This document shows positions 13,276-27,039 of a stretch of 64,000 nt of DNA, in pieces. The position numbers were made by a program, and so were the translations under genes. The DNA comes from Botryllus schlosseri. Lineage: Eukaryota. Position 1 is the stretch's first letter; the number at the start of each line of letters is the position of its first letter. The stretch covers positions 9,734,001-9,798,000 of the forward strand of contig CM119375.1 of assembly GCA_051294905.1 (NCBI GenBank). Direction: 5' to 3'. The notes beneath the pieces were generated by a model that ran no database searches, was not told the DNA's origin, and saw nothing but the letters and a program-made list of their open reading frames with translations.

Positions 13276-13329
13276 ACAACCCTGCCCCAGATGTGATGAT
13301 ACATATCGAATATACCCACGGTTGGTTCA

Positions 13330-13830
13330 TGCGTAGATGAGTTAATTTCGAACACAATAAAGTTTATTTGAGAAAAATTGACATCCGGGGTCAAAAGTTA
13401 CGTGATTTTGAAAATTAACGATTTTCTGCTCATTTCAGATCTGCAGGATTCAGGTGTTATCAATGTAAAATTCGAAAAGATGTAAACAGATGTTGGATTA
13501 CAGTTGAGATTTGGCACTCGGTTTTCTAAGTAGCTAGTTTATTGGTCCATATTCCCATGTGGTATTAAATGCCATGTGGTGTAGTGTTAAAGGTTAAATT
13601 GCGGCGAAACTTGATCGATGCTCTGAAATCGGTCAAGCGTTACACAATTTAGGATGCGAATTGTTCAAAACCCTATAATCAATATTCAAGCGAGTAAGGT
13701 ATCATATGAAAGCTGGTTTCAAGGACAATTTTTCATAGCTTTCCGATTTCGGTTTTTTGACTGTAAGATGGTGAAATTGCAGTCTCAAGAGTACACTGCA
13801 TTTGTACATTGAAATGCGTAAGTTTGGAAT
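13330..13830 (+). repeat. Diverged relative of the terminal arm of the 57210-61727 foldback element
   Basis: Collinear matches to about 57280-57770, e.g. GGGGTCAAAAGT, ATTTTCTGCTCATTTC, ACAGTTGAGAT, AAGGTTAAATTG, GCGTTACAC, GAAATTGCAGT. Confidence 0.7.
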
Positions 13831-14110
13831 ATGGTAGACCGATGGTTGATGATGGTTCCCTTACATTTTTGACTCGACACATCTTGTTAAGCTCAACTTA
13901 TATTCACCAGTACCGCTGAAGACAATATGTCAAGTTTCAAGAACTTATTTGAAACCACGAGCTGTTCCTTGGGTATATATTAATGAGAATAGAGCTGCCC
14001 GTTGCTCCCGCCATTTACCCGTCCGTTGCTAAATTTCTCAACTTTGACATTCAGATCTATTTTTTTTTTTATAAGGAGCAGTAACTTTACCGATAGTGCT
14101 CTATCTAAAT

Positions 14111-14972
14111 TAGGGTTACCACACGTCCTCCGTTAGGAGGATTTGTCCTGCCTACGCCCAAGTGCCTTCCTTTTTGACTATTTGTCATTTGTCCTCATTT
14201 TCGGCCTATATATATATAGGTCTAGCTCTGTCTGCGTTCAGACTAAGAGCACCATCACCGAGGTGATAGAAGTATCCATCGAAAAAAGACACAGCATTAA
14301 AGATTTCAAATCTAAATTAAATTTCGCGTGAAAGTGCTGCTTTCGAAAATGTCCTGATGTCGGTATCGTTCCGATTAAGGACATTGTTCATCAGCGTTGC
14401 AGAGGGTCTTCCTTTTTTGGTTCTCCTTTCATCTTCAAAGGTTATTGACTTCACGACACTATCATTAGGTTTTCGAATTATATGGGCAAGAAATTTAGCT
14501 TGTTGGTGATCAATAAATGATGAGAGATCTTCAGTGCGACAGATTTTATGAAGATTTTTTTTACTAATTTTGAAGGCGTTGTCGGTTCCCTTTCGAGTGT
14601 AGCCTCCATGTATCATTATTCGCATTTTCCTAAAACATCCAAAAAGATCACGAAAGATGTTAAATTTCGAGGTAAAAGATAGACTATGGGTTACGCGGAA
14701 TCCAAATCTGAAAAATGACCGTTTTTAGTCAACACTGAGAAGATAATAAGGTGAGTATTTTGGGAGTCAAATCAGAAAAATGACCTTTTTTAGTCTACAA
14801 CTCAAAGGTATCGTTACGAAGTATAATCCGGGAGTCGAGTCAGATTAATGACATTTTTTAACACAACAAGATCTCCAGTAAATATTAATCAGCTGTTTTC
14901 AATTTTGGTAAAATAACTTCCGTGTTTTGATAACGTGCCCTCCTTTCCCGGTTCCAACATATGGTAACCCTA
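14111..14972. mobile_element. hAT MITE (TAGGGTTACCA family) carrying a LINE fragment
   Basis: Termini TAGGGTTACCA...TGGTAACCCTA. TSD atctaaat / atctaatt. Confidence 0.8.
14205..14630 (-). mobile_element. 3' fragment of an RTE-like LINE (ORF2 C-terminus plus 3' UTR)
   Basis: ORF 14317-14625 contains QQAKFLAHIIRKPNDSVVKSITF...KKGRP, resembling the RTE C-terminal pattern (LxxLGHxxR...K...GRP). It is followed by a short UTR ending at a (TA)n tract. Confidence 0.6.
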
Positions 14973-15135
14973 ATCTAATTTTCATAGCTTATCTATGCTA
15001 GTAACATAAGTACACTAAGGTTCATTAACATACAGTCATTGTTGTCGCTTCGATAAAGTTTTAAAAGGTACATCTTTAATGTAAAAGAAATTTCTTTCAT
15101 AATAGTTCTCTCGCTGATCTTAATAACATCAATCC

Positions 15136-15136
<1 letters not shown>

Positions 15137-15174
<38 letters not shown>

Positions 15175-16300
15175 GGTTTAATAATATTTTCATCGTTTCA
15201 AAACATCACAAGACTGCGATACAATGAAAAGATAGGAAGGTGTCGAAACAACTTGGAGTAGCCATTAAGATCAGACACCCACCTTAGCCTAGGCGAAGTA
15301 AATAAGAGGCATGCACACTGAATGAAAAGTAATGCAGAGAATATAAGACGCAAGCGACAAAATGAGGTGGCATGGGACGGAGGGCGAGGTCGATGTTAGG
15401 TCGTAGTTCGGTAATCCTGAAGACTGGCTAGTATTGATTTAGAAGAAATTGCTTGTATTTCCTATATGCATTCAAGGCTGAAAATTTCTAACGAAAGATT
15501 CTCATCCAACAAATTTAGAGTCAATTGGACCATAATTGAGCCTTACGACAGAAACAAAGCACTATTCCCGGCAACAGCGTTACCGTAAAATATTGCGGAT
15601 TTGTAGAATTCTCTCAATGGTCTAATAGTATTCGCTATAGCGACATTGGCATGACAACGACGCAAGTTCAATTGTGCTTCCAGAGAAGTCATTGGTTTTG
15701 CTCCAAAAGATTGGTTTTCGTTTTCTCTTACACTGGAGTTACAAGGCGTTTCGGTAGAATATATCCATATAACTAAAGTTTGTGACGTATGATTACTAAT
15801 TAATTCATCGTAGTATGCAATGGTCAGACTTTATGAAAATACCGGCAAGGTGCCGCCATCCTGGCAACTATATACCAATACCACTATTCACTATACCAGT
15901 TCCGCAACAGTGTGAAGAAAGTGTGCCAGTGTCAGCAAGGAACCAGATTTAGATTTCCTCAGACTGTAGGTACCATCTGTCTGTCTGGTCCTGTGCTGAG
16001 TTCACTGGCGAAGTTTCTGTCAATCGAAGCAGAATTCAATGGAGCTTGGCAGGGATTCATCATTCTTTTGATTGAAGTCATTGAACTGGGATTTCGGAGA
16101 ATTAATACGTTTGCATTTAACGATGATATAGCCAAAAAGCCAATAGATATGTATTCTTTGCTCCAATTCCAAATGATGAGATATAAATTCCTCTTTCATA
16201 TAATATTGAACTATCTTGTTCAGCATTGAAATAATACCGTATCATAAAGTAAAGATCTCTACAACAAGCAAATTTTTCTTGGGCTTGTAATGCAAACTAT
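15137..16300 (-). mobile_element. Degenerate CR1/L2-group LINE with (TTGA)n tail
   Basis: (CAAT)n at 15137-15174 is followed by a 3' UTR homologous to 58850-59076 and 31075-31370. Eroded endonuclease-like relics lie further on (LAISSLNANVL at about 16110-16140; GGGV-like motif at about 15850). The 5' boundary is uncertain. Confidence 0.6.
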
Positions 16301-16927
16301 GAAAAAGATTCAGTGTTGATAAAAGACAACTGGGTCTTAATATCATCGTCACACATTTCTAACATATGAATGGATATTGTGGATGTTTGATTGTGCAAGA
16401 AATATCAGTGATTCTATTCCTCCTGCTGTTCAGGGTATGTAACTGTAGAAAATGGAAATTAAAAATTGGCATCAAAGATTTGCATGCTGCATGAACTGCA
16501 CAATATATATGAAGCGACTTGTGAAGGAAATTGGATCAGGATAAATTTTGTGAAGGAAATTAGATCGGGATAAATTTTAAAAGTTTTTCCACTCTATTAA
16601 TAGGCAAACTTCATTCGTCGATTCATTCGTTCCACAACACCAATCCACCATGTTCCTCAAGATTATACACATAGTTCGGTGTGTGTTCTCCTTACCCATC
16701 AACTATGTTCCCCATGAACATATCAGATTTTCTGCTTGATCACGAATTCACGACCTATTGGTTGTCGTCGATGGACCTACCACCAGCGGTTGACTATATC
16801 TACCTTTCTTGTCGACAAATTTAAATATAACGTGTGGTCATGATAATCACCCATTCCAGAACCATTTTCTTTACCTCTTGTCTTCGCTCCACATTGCTCG
16901 ATCAGCACGAACAAGATTACTTTATAA

Positions 16928-17679
16928 CAAGGACGGGCAACATACGGCCCGCGACGTGATTTTGAGCGGCCCGCAGAGAGTTTACGGTCGTACACGATAA
17001 TGTGGCCCGCGGCCACAGTCTGCTGCAATCCCCAACTACTTGCATATTACGTCAAATAATAGTGACTGTAGGTTATTCTTTAGTGTGAGTTTGTGTGAGT
17101 AGAGTGTGAGACTGGAGCTTACGCATAAGTTCGTCAATACGAAAAGGCTTGCATTACCGGCATTTACCCATGTACTCAACCGTAATGAATTGATATCTTG
17201 GTCAATTTCGAAAAAATCCCAACCCCTCGTTCGTATACAATACTTCATACCAGGAGTGCGCAACATACGGCCCGCGGTCACAGCCTACCGCAATTTCCAC
17301 TACTTGCTCACTATGGCAAATTGTAGTGAGTGTATTGTAGGTTATTCAGTCCTTTTTCGGACACAAATAATAGTGATTTTTAGTTATTCTTTATTAGTTC
17401 TTTGTTTTCTTTGTGCACGACATGCAGCCAGAGTTCACAAATTTCATTGAGCACAGATGTCTCATTGACTTCAACAGCTACTGAAATACATTAAATTAAT
17501 AAATTTTTTGAATACTGTTTTCGTTTCTATGCTTCAAACTTAAAATTTACAATAAATACGATTAATCCTTGTATAGGTGGATAAATAAGCGTTTAATGTA
17601 TCGAATCAGGAATCCGGTCAGCCAAGTATTTTCATTTCCTCATATCCGGCCCGCTGACTGGAGAAGTTGCCCGCCCCTG
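16928..17679 (-). mobile_element. hAT MITE, reverse-oriented relative of 1788-2344
   Basis: Termini CAAGGACGGGCAAC...GTTGCCCGCCCCTG. TSD ctttataa / ctttatga. Confidence 0.8.
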
Positions 17680-18103
17680 CTTTATGAGTAACCCATTATT
17701 TTATTATGATAATTTGATTTGAAACACTATTTTAAAATCAAGAAACTCAATCACTGTAGGATTATTTTTTCTCTCTTCCACGCTATTTTCACGATATTCA
17801 TAGTGCAGAGATGCTTCTTAAGGCAACGGTAACCAAGAACCATTTCCTTGAAACAAATAATAGATTTTAATTTATGTTGTAGTGAATCCAAGATATTTCT
17901 AATTCGGTATGTACATGCACAATAAATAGCATACAATTATGCATACTAAAATTAAGCAGTACAGAAACATTTCCTGTGATTCTCTCTCTCCTTATGTATT
18001 TTTACATGCAACCTTACGTATTTTTACATGCAATAAATGTTTATTTCACCCTGCAGTGAACGCATTAACAAAACTTTAATATTTTATAAAGCATTTCTTC
18101 ATC

Positions 18104-21100
18104 ATGTCTATGACACCTAGTCAGGGGCGTGATTACCTTATGCAAAAGAACATCCCTCAACTCTTTGAGGTATGAGATTATGTTTGAAGCTTTTTGAGAT
18201 CAGTTATTTTTTAACTTTGAGTCTTGTGTGGCTAGAGTATCATGATTGGATTGGTTCACGAAAGACCTGAGGATCCCTTGAAGTATATTACGTCTTGCGT
18301 TGCAAAAGTTGAGGACATTGGTGGCATTTCGAATGTGCAGTGGGATTCGTTCGTTGGCGGAGGACCCCAGAACACACAATCCACTGATTTGGCCATATTT
18401 AAGACAGGTTGGTGTTTGTCATATCGGCCTATTGATAATGTGAACATGTTAGGCAAGTGATTTATAAATATCAGTGCAGTCTTGACTTTAGCTTAAACCG
18501 AGTTTACTTAAGTAGGCCGCCCACAATTATACATGGGGGTTTGTTTAAGTGCACGCCTACTGCAACAGATTTTGAAGGTGAAGTATCGCATTTTCATTTT
18601 ACATGTCAAATTTTGTAAAATTCAGCAGTGTTTCCATGGTCGATTTGCTATGCTTTGTTAGGGTTAGGACACTCTACGAAGCAAAGACAAAAATGGAAAT
18701 TGATGATTGATGGATGGATGAAACCACACAGGAAGGACTTCCTGCACCCCTGTTTTCACACTTTCATTATTCCAATGCAGTTTCGAAGTTGTGTTAAGCT
18801 ACTCACAAAATAAAATATGACACTAAACGTCCCAAGCTACTTGTTAAAATTGTTAATAAATCTGTAGCCTGTAGTTCGTGTATAAGTTAGATAACTGGGA
18901 ACCGGAGATAAAGACAAAGTGAAGAATGATCACTGATCCTATGAACCGGACGTATACAAAATATTGAGATCTGTTTGCCCTCAGTCCGCAATGGCAACAG
19001 TTTGGTTCTGTAGTAAAATGATATCCAGGTTTCCAAGTGATCATGAAATTGATGAGAAACCACGCCTTACTAATTCAATAAAAGTCAAATGCTCAATTTT
19101 CATTGATCATCATTGCGTTTTAGTCGAAATTCGATTTACGTGAATAGTTCGGCAAATTAGGATCGCTATAAGTCTCACTGCACATTTCGCCGAAACTCCA
19201 TTCAGTGTATGGAAATGGAACAGATTTTTTATTAAATTGGTCATAACTACGCGTTTGCCGTCGTATTTCTCTCCGTCTATCTGTGTAAACATTGCAGAAG
19301 CCCCACTTCATACGTCAGATAACGCCAACCCTTCTCCAGCTAACCAAAGTCCGCCCGCGCCCAAAGGTAATTGCCGAATCTACGTTTTCATCGTGCTTAT
19401 CACGCCAGACCTCTCCGTGACCGGTTTCAGATATTGCGGAGGATGAGAAAACGGACAACTCCGCGAAAAACGTAGCCCCCGAGACGAACAGCCCTGCAGA
19501 TGCCGTGTCGGCGGCGGAGAACAGCTCGACTTGTGAAAACGCGAAAGAAAATGACCCCGTGCAAGGTGAAATTCAGCAAAGTGCAGAGCCGCGCGAGACG
19601 GATGAGGCTCAAGAATCAAAACCAGATTCTGCGCAGCAGGTAATTTACAGGACGAGAGGTCTATAGTTCAACTCCGCATGGGGTCTATTTCTTATGTATG
19701 CTCATGCTCAATATAATTCAGTTCTCTCTGTTTGTACTGTATCTTTAGTGGTGGCTATGGCTCAGCAAAAGAGAGTACCTGTACCTGTACCTGAATGATT
19801 CGATTCTGAATCGTTTATTACTATCACTACTCACTAGGCGTCGAATCGGATATTCTAGTGTCGCTCGTTATGGGGTCATAAGAGCTTGAATTATGTACCT
19901 TTTATGCGACCACGAAGGAAATGACGACAGCCTTCTACATCAGGTTTAATATCAGCGTGTACCTTTGAGTACACGCTGTTAATATCATTTCGCATTTGTC
20001 GTTGCTCGTAGGTTAGTAATCTATAATTTGTCGACCATACCTATTGAGGTTATTTCATTGCACTTTGTTGCAATGTCATTTCCACTAGCGTGCGTGGATT
20101 TGCAATAAGGCGTCGAATGGTGTGCATTGTATAATAAGGGTTTCAAGGCTTTCATTGTGGGAAATTAGAATTATAATATTAGAAACTATAATTCAAGTTG
20201 ATAAATTGACTCTTTAGTGAAAAGGAGCGTGCCATTTTAGTGCTGGAAAATTTTTTTCTCTACCTACTCGACTCAAGTCATTGCAACCAATACTTCGAAT
20301 AACCGAATCATTCTGTCCATCCTTAGGGCGGAGATCATAAAGTTGGGTTATACATTCATAAAGTTGGATTATACATTAAGTCGATTATCGTGTTCATCAG
20401 GTTTTAAAAACCCAGGATTTAAGAAACCGGTTGATAGCAGCGCATAAAGTTAGTTTTGATCTTATCATTTAACAAACCGCAACAAGCTACATAATAGTTG
20501 GGTATCTATAAAAACTGCTTACACAACGTAACATTCCTACGCGCGAATATTTCCGATGATACCGTGGCGATTGTGTCCTAGGTAATGGCTTCACTAAACA
20601 ATCAGGCAATCAACGAACTATGCGTCCACCATTGTAGAGCGATATATATATATTAATATTCTATAATCCGTTTCTTCGCTGTACATTACATATTACGTAC
20701 TACTTTCATTTCGCGATGATGATAATTCGACCAGTCAACAAATGACAACTGACAGCCAAAACCGTGTCTTCACATTATGATGCAATAAATAACACCACTT
20801 AATTGAAAACTCGGGACACCTCGAGTAATCATCGCGCGTAACCTATCCAACTTTATGCGTCGAGATTAGCAGCTTTTAATCACACGATTAGCATTCTTCC
20901 GAGTTCCGGATCAGATGACTTTATGATCTCTGCATAAAATGCGTCCCGATTAGCAGTTTTTAATCACGCGATTACTATTCTCCTGGATCAGCTAACTTTA
21001 TGATCTCCGCCCTTGCGTTAACATTACTCGGGTTTTACTCGTCGTTTCGCATTCCCTATTGAATCTCTTCTACTCGTTGTCGTTTAATTGCCTCAAGTTG

Positions 21101-24100
21101 AAAGTAGTTTTGGGGGCACCGACACTGCGTAATACATCCATATCTGCTGACAAGGCCTGGCCTACCTTTCAGGCCTTGAGTTTTGTACGTCTACTCCGCC
21201 TTGAGAATCGCTACTTTCACTTGTGCTAGACTAGAGAATAACTGCGCCGCATTCCTTCTACTTTCATGTGCCATCGGTGAATAGTGTTCCCATTCGTGAG
21301 TATTTCAACGTATTGTATATACAATACATAGCGTATAATAGTTTAGGCCTATAGAACGAAGCTCTGTATTGTCACTTGTCATTGCTTGAGTTTTATACCT
21401 GCCTGCGTGAATATAATCCTACGTGACGTGTCTGGGTTCAAGCAAAGTAGCGTCACGAAAGCATGGCCTGGGTGACTCAACGAACTTCCTCTTTTAGAAA
21501 GTATTGTTCGCGACTGCTGCCCGAGTGCCCGTGCCCGTGTGTTAGGAATAGGAATCGGTATTAGCATCCAACCAGGGTTCAATAATTCAGCGCGACTATG
21601 CTGCAACTGTTTTGCAGCAGCCTGCGCTCTCTGTTCTCACTTTCATTAGGAGCCTTGAAGGGCATAGAAAGCGACAAGTACACTGCGTTATACGCAAGCA
21701 TGCAGGCACTGAAGTTTGAAAATGATGGCAGCCGTTAACCCGTGGGGAATTTGTAACAGGCGACGCCTGTACGAGATGTATTCGTTCCGCACCGTGCGTC
21801 TCCCTTACTGAAATATGCATATTGCATAAGCCACTGAGCTATTCAGGCTCTGCTTCCATTCGATTGTGATGCGACATTGAACGCATCGTGCTGTGTATAA
21901 ACGAGTTAGCCGTACGTCGTCAGGAAAACGCAAGGTCATTATAGCGTGCGCTCTGATACAATGCTCATTGTCATGACGGATGATCTTTACATTACAATTT
22001 CTGTTCTGAAAGGTTTAACTAACAAAAGAGTGTTTCTTTGCTGTTCAGGGAGAAGATACAGCTTCAGAAGAAGATAGTATGGGTACGTGCTATGATCTTC
22101 AGTGGGTGTGTTAGGACGCTGTATTGATCTTTTCTTCCTTTCTCGGTAAAGCCGACGTTTTGAAGTCAAAAGTCATCGTATTTGTTGTCGGTAAGTATGC
22201 GCGTTGCGCACTTTCTGCATTTCAGATTATCATCGACAATGAAACTTGATTTGTTTTTACTGATGATGAAGTCAGGCCGAAAAGTGTCTTCATTTCTGTA
22301 ATGTTCACGCGGTATGAGTACACTCCGCTAATGCGCCGCAATTGTTTCCGACAATAGGCGGCCCCGGCTCGGGTAAAGGAACGCAATGCGATAAGATCAA
22401 GGAAAAGTACGGGTTCACGCACTTCTCGTCCGGAGATCTGTTGCGAGAAGAAGTCGCCTCCGGATCCGAGAAGGGAAAAGAGCTGAGCGCCATAATGGAG
22501 CGGGGCGACCTTGTACCGCTGGTACGCACGGCGTGGCAATTTTTTCTTTGGGATCCTTAGTTGTGTTTTTTTCGCGACCACTAATGACTTGTATCGTCGC
22601 AGAGCACCGTCCTTGAGCTAATAAAGAAGAACATGATCGAACAGGCGGCCGACTCCAAAGGCTTCCTGATCGACGGCTATCCGAGAGAAGTCCAACAAGG
22701 AATTGAATTCGAGAATACGGTACTATATCTTAACCGATGTCCTCTATGCAGCTTGCTATATGTATATACGGAGTTGAAAAAGAAGACAAATCCTTGCGCA
22801 ATGATAAGGGAAACGTCGGATTGGTACTGAAAAAGGAGAGATTTTATTTTCATCTTATCGAACACAGTAAATTAAGTAACCCTTGCCTGGGATTTTAACG
22901 CTAACGCGAAATGACTGACGACACTATAAGTGCAATTTTTGGAAATATATTTATCGAAATATATTATGGTGACTCGTGAGACACAGAGGCAATTTCGACC
23001 AGCTATTATGACACTTTCACTCGTGAGAGTGACCCGAACCAAAAATCTGAAAACTATACTTTCTATTTTACTTAATCCAAACTGTCAAAAGTAAGTAGTT
23101 TTGCCGAAGAAATTGTGAAGCAGAAGTAGTCTAAAGGCGTAACCACTTGAGTAAGTATAGTGACAGTAGGCAAAACTTGAGCACTCCGAAAAATAGAAGT
23201 ACTTCGCCGCTGATCACCTATGTTGTTGTTGTTTTACTATTCATGGTGTTTCGACCGCTATGGTCGTTTACACCAGTCCAATATTTCTGATTGTGATTCC
23301 TAATCCGCTGGCTTCCAGCACGGCCCGCTTACGCTCGACGCCAGAGATTCCCAACCGCGGTCTCGCAGCCGCATGCTGTTTGTTTCTTGGAATAGTTATA
23401 GTCAATTTTTGCATATGAATGCTAAAATGAGGGATAATGGTTATACCTAAAGCTGTCCAAGGCCGCTTCTGAAAACCGGGAAAGAGAATTCTTGCAGACT
23501 ATACTAGCGTCAAACCCATGGATGAATAGAATACCCGTCTGACTTGGTTAGATATCTTGAGTTCTGCTGGTCATACACCATTAAATATCGTCTCTGTGAA
23601 GAGCAAATTTCGACACAATTTTACTAACATCAAAATAACGGCTCATAGTCAGGTAGAAATTGCAATACTTCCAATATTACTGAGCGTGTAATCCACCGCA
23701 AACTTGCGCATTAAGTGATGGAATGTATAAAGAGCTGTCACATAACGACATAATAGTATGTTGTAGTCGAAAGATATGCACTTTCAGTATATTTCAATGT
23801 ATTGCACTAGGCAATCTGCGTCTATCAATGCTAAAATAACCGATATAGAATCTATGAAAGTCTATGTGCATTGTGCATGCTTTTGAATTAGCTAGATGGT
23901 GAGATCCAGAAGTAGCCTAGCTACCTTAAATTTTCGTTTCAAGTAGCCAACTCGAGTGTTTTCATGCGGCTCCATACGTACTCTGAAGTTTGAAATGCGG
24001 CTTCGACATCCAAAAAAGTTTGGAACCACTGCTCCAGGCCCTGCAAGACCCCGCTTACGCTAATCACCTGTGTTGTTTTCACCATAACCCGACATGCAGT

Positions 24101-24791
24101 CAGTCTCATGCATTGATATTGAAGCATTGCTCCAGTAACACGGTCGCCATGATCGCGCAGATTCCAAATGCCGGAACTTCCCATCTCTTAATAACTGCGT
24201 TACGCAGATAGCCCCGTGCTCGTTCGTTCTCTGGATCGATTCCTCGCAAGACACGATGGTGAGCAGGCTTCTGAAGCGGGCCGAGACGAGCGGACGCGCC
24301 GACGACAACGAAGAAACTATAAGGAAGCGCTTGAAAACCTTCGTCGAATCCACGGAGCCAGTTATTACCTACTACGAAAAACAGAATAAAGTGCGACGGG
24401 TGAGTGTCGCGCATCCGGAGGTCGTCAGTGACTATGTGCTTCTGCGTTACGCTTCTACTTATAGTACTAAATCGAATGGTTTTCTTGCACGACTAATTGA
24501 CCAGTCTTTAGGCAACAGGCCTTACATTTCACACTTCGAATTTTGTATAGTAGAGAGTAGTTTTGGGATAATGTTGCTGCGACTCAACATCAACATTTCC
24601 ACTCCCTCTAACTCTTGAGAATGCCAGCTCCAAACCCGTAACCCAGCAGCGACTGGGATCCGGACGCTCCAACACTATATGCTCTCTCGTCGGTACGTTA
24701 TGAAAGTTTTTGCGTTGCTTTATAGATCAATTCGGAGCAGAATGTGGACGACGTGTTTGCCGAAGTAAAAGCCGTGTTTGATCAACTATGA
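18104..24791 (+). CDS. AK5: Adenylate kinase with an AK5-like N-terminal Dpy-30/RIIa-type docking domain and a single AK1-like catalytic domain (10 exons, 375 aa)
   Basis: Exons 18104-18169, 18236-18407, 19298-19366, 19431-19639, 22049-22082, 22152-22190, 22358-22521, 22603-22719, 24208-24399, 24726-24791. All introns are GT-AG with compatible phases; total 1128 nt. The N-terminus [34 protein letters not shown]...VQWDSFV matches the AK5 N-terminus. P-loop [21 protein letters not shown], and [22 protein letters not shown]. Confidence 0.9.
20326..21012. mobile_element. MITE in AK intron 4, possibly PIF/Harbinger-like
   Basis: TIR GGGCGGAGATCATAAAGTT...AACTTTATGATCTCCGCCC. 3-bp flanks tta / ttg. 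Confidence 0.6.
23221..23330 (-). mobile_element. 3' part of the same SINE family as 13000-13275
   Basis: The reverse complement reads ...TGGTGTAAACGACCATAGCGGTCGAAACACCATGAATAGTAAAAACAACAACAACA, homologous to about 13205-13275. Confidence 0.75.
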
Positions 24792-27039
24792 ACGAAAGTG
24801 TAAATTTTACTTCTTGTACGTTCACGCTGCAGTATTACGATACATGCTGCCTTCTCTTATTTCATCTCCACTCCTGTTCATTCGTTTTAGAGAAATAATA
24901 TATATATATAAATATTTACTGTGCAGTACGCAACTGTAGTTTTTCATGCCACCCTACCACAAATACAATACCACTGAGAAAAACAATCGTTGCACGAAAC
25001 CTACTTGATCCACCGTGTGCTTCATTGTTTAAGGTGCGGCGGAAACGTGGACATTATTTAGACGAGCTAGTAGCTTATGGTATGGTTTACACTCAAAATC
25101 CTGGCTATCGTGCAGCGGAAATATAGGTCAAAGGCGACCAAAATCAAGATCGATATCGAGAGAAGTTGGCAGCACAATCATTCTCGAGATCTCCATTTTA
25201 TTAGGTGGTCGATGCAGTGGCGGCTCGTCCTATAGGGCAACTGGGGCATTGCCCCACCTAAAATTCTGTTCAATAACAATTTAACCATTTATAGACGCAC
25301 AGCAATCAGTATATATCGAGATCACAGCGAAACCCGCATTATTCTTGTGCTTTCGCTAACAAATGCCCATACATAGCGAAGTCTCTGCGAAAATCGAATT
25401 CTCTTCTGTGTTTTCGCTTTGTGAATGCCTAGCCGGGGCTTGCCCCGGTAGCGCTCATAACAAGCTTTCACTATCTATTCTCTCAAAGCCGCGCACAATA
25501 AAGAAACGGTGATTTACTCTCTCTTATTCGTAAAATGGCCGAGCAAGTGGGGCAACTATGCCTGTCGCCCTTAAGGTGTGATGTAACAATAGTATCTATA
25601 TCTGAACTCGGTTACCATGATATGCGTTGAGTCGACCTTTGCTGGTATATGTCGATTTTGACGGTGTTTCGCACCATGATAATTCTTGAAACTTGGTATG
25701 ATATGTTGTGAAGGTAGTATTTAGCACTGCTCCAAGTTTCAGGCTTGCTACTTAAAGATAAGGGTAGTGATTTCGTTTCCGAAGTTCAGTGTGTGCTGAT
25801 CTATCATGTACATTGTACAGCAAACAGATTTTACTCAAAAGCCGGCATTGGTCTCCATTAATTTTGACGTTCCATACCGAGATCGGTCATGACATTTGGC
25901 ACAGTAAGTCTTAATGTTAGTATCGACCGCTGTAACAAGTTTTAAGTTTGTCACTGAACTATGTGGGTGGTAATTTCGTTTTCAAAGTCGAGTGAGAGCT
26001 GACTCTTCATTTATCGCTAACGGATTTACGCAAAAGCCGTTATTGGTCTCTATTGATTTTAACGATGTTCCATACCTAGATCTGTCATGAGCTTTTGCAC
26101 GGTATGTCTTGATTTTAGTATCGAACGCGGTGCCAAGTCTTAAAGTTGACGCTCAATGATTGAGGCAGTTATTTCGTTTTCGAGGTCGAGTATGGTAGAG
26201 ATGCGCGCTGATCTGATACTTAGCCTACCCACATCATTGCGGATCTCACGCAAAAGCCGGTGCCTGTCTGTGCTAATCTAGTCTGCGTTCCATAACGAGA
26301 TCGGTGATGATATTTCCAATGGTATATCTCGATGATCGCATGAAACAGCAAACTAAGTTTCTCGGTTTGCATTCAAATATTCACATAATTTTATGTTCGC
26401 CAATGTGCATTTCACTGTGAAATTGTGGCCTTCAAACCATTTGCTTACAATCCCCTGTCAAATGCGATAGCTATTTCATTTTCGATGTCGGCTAACAGCT
26501 GATCATTCGATCAGCCTATTCCTCGATCTATTTTACTCAAAGTTCGGTGTTCGTCTGTTTGTATTGATTTTGACAGTGTACTATGCCGGAATGGGTTATG
26601 AGATTGCGAATGCTACTTCTCGATGATTTCATGTAACAGTATGCTAAGTTTACGGCTTTCATTCATGTATTTATTGATTAATATATTTTCCAACGGCTAT
26701 TTCGCAGCAGACTTATAGACAGTAAGCCGTATGTGTTGCGTCACAATCTCCAGTTTCAAGGCCAAAATGTACTATGTTGTTCCGAGACCGAAGTTCCGAG
26801 GCTGCTGTCCTTAGTTCTTCAAAGACCATTCAAATTGATGTTCTGGATTCAATATGACAGGCCCAATCGATGAGATAACAATTGCGTATGTGTCCGAAGT
26901 CGTTGACCTTTGCAGTTAGGCTCACGCAATCTCTCGAGTTCTAGTCATTGGAATTAGTCTGGTCAAGTCAAGTGCGAATCTTTGCTCCGTACGCAGTTGC
27001 CTTTAGAGCGAAAATTAAAGGTCTAGAAATTGTCCAGTC

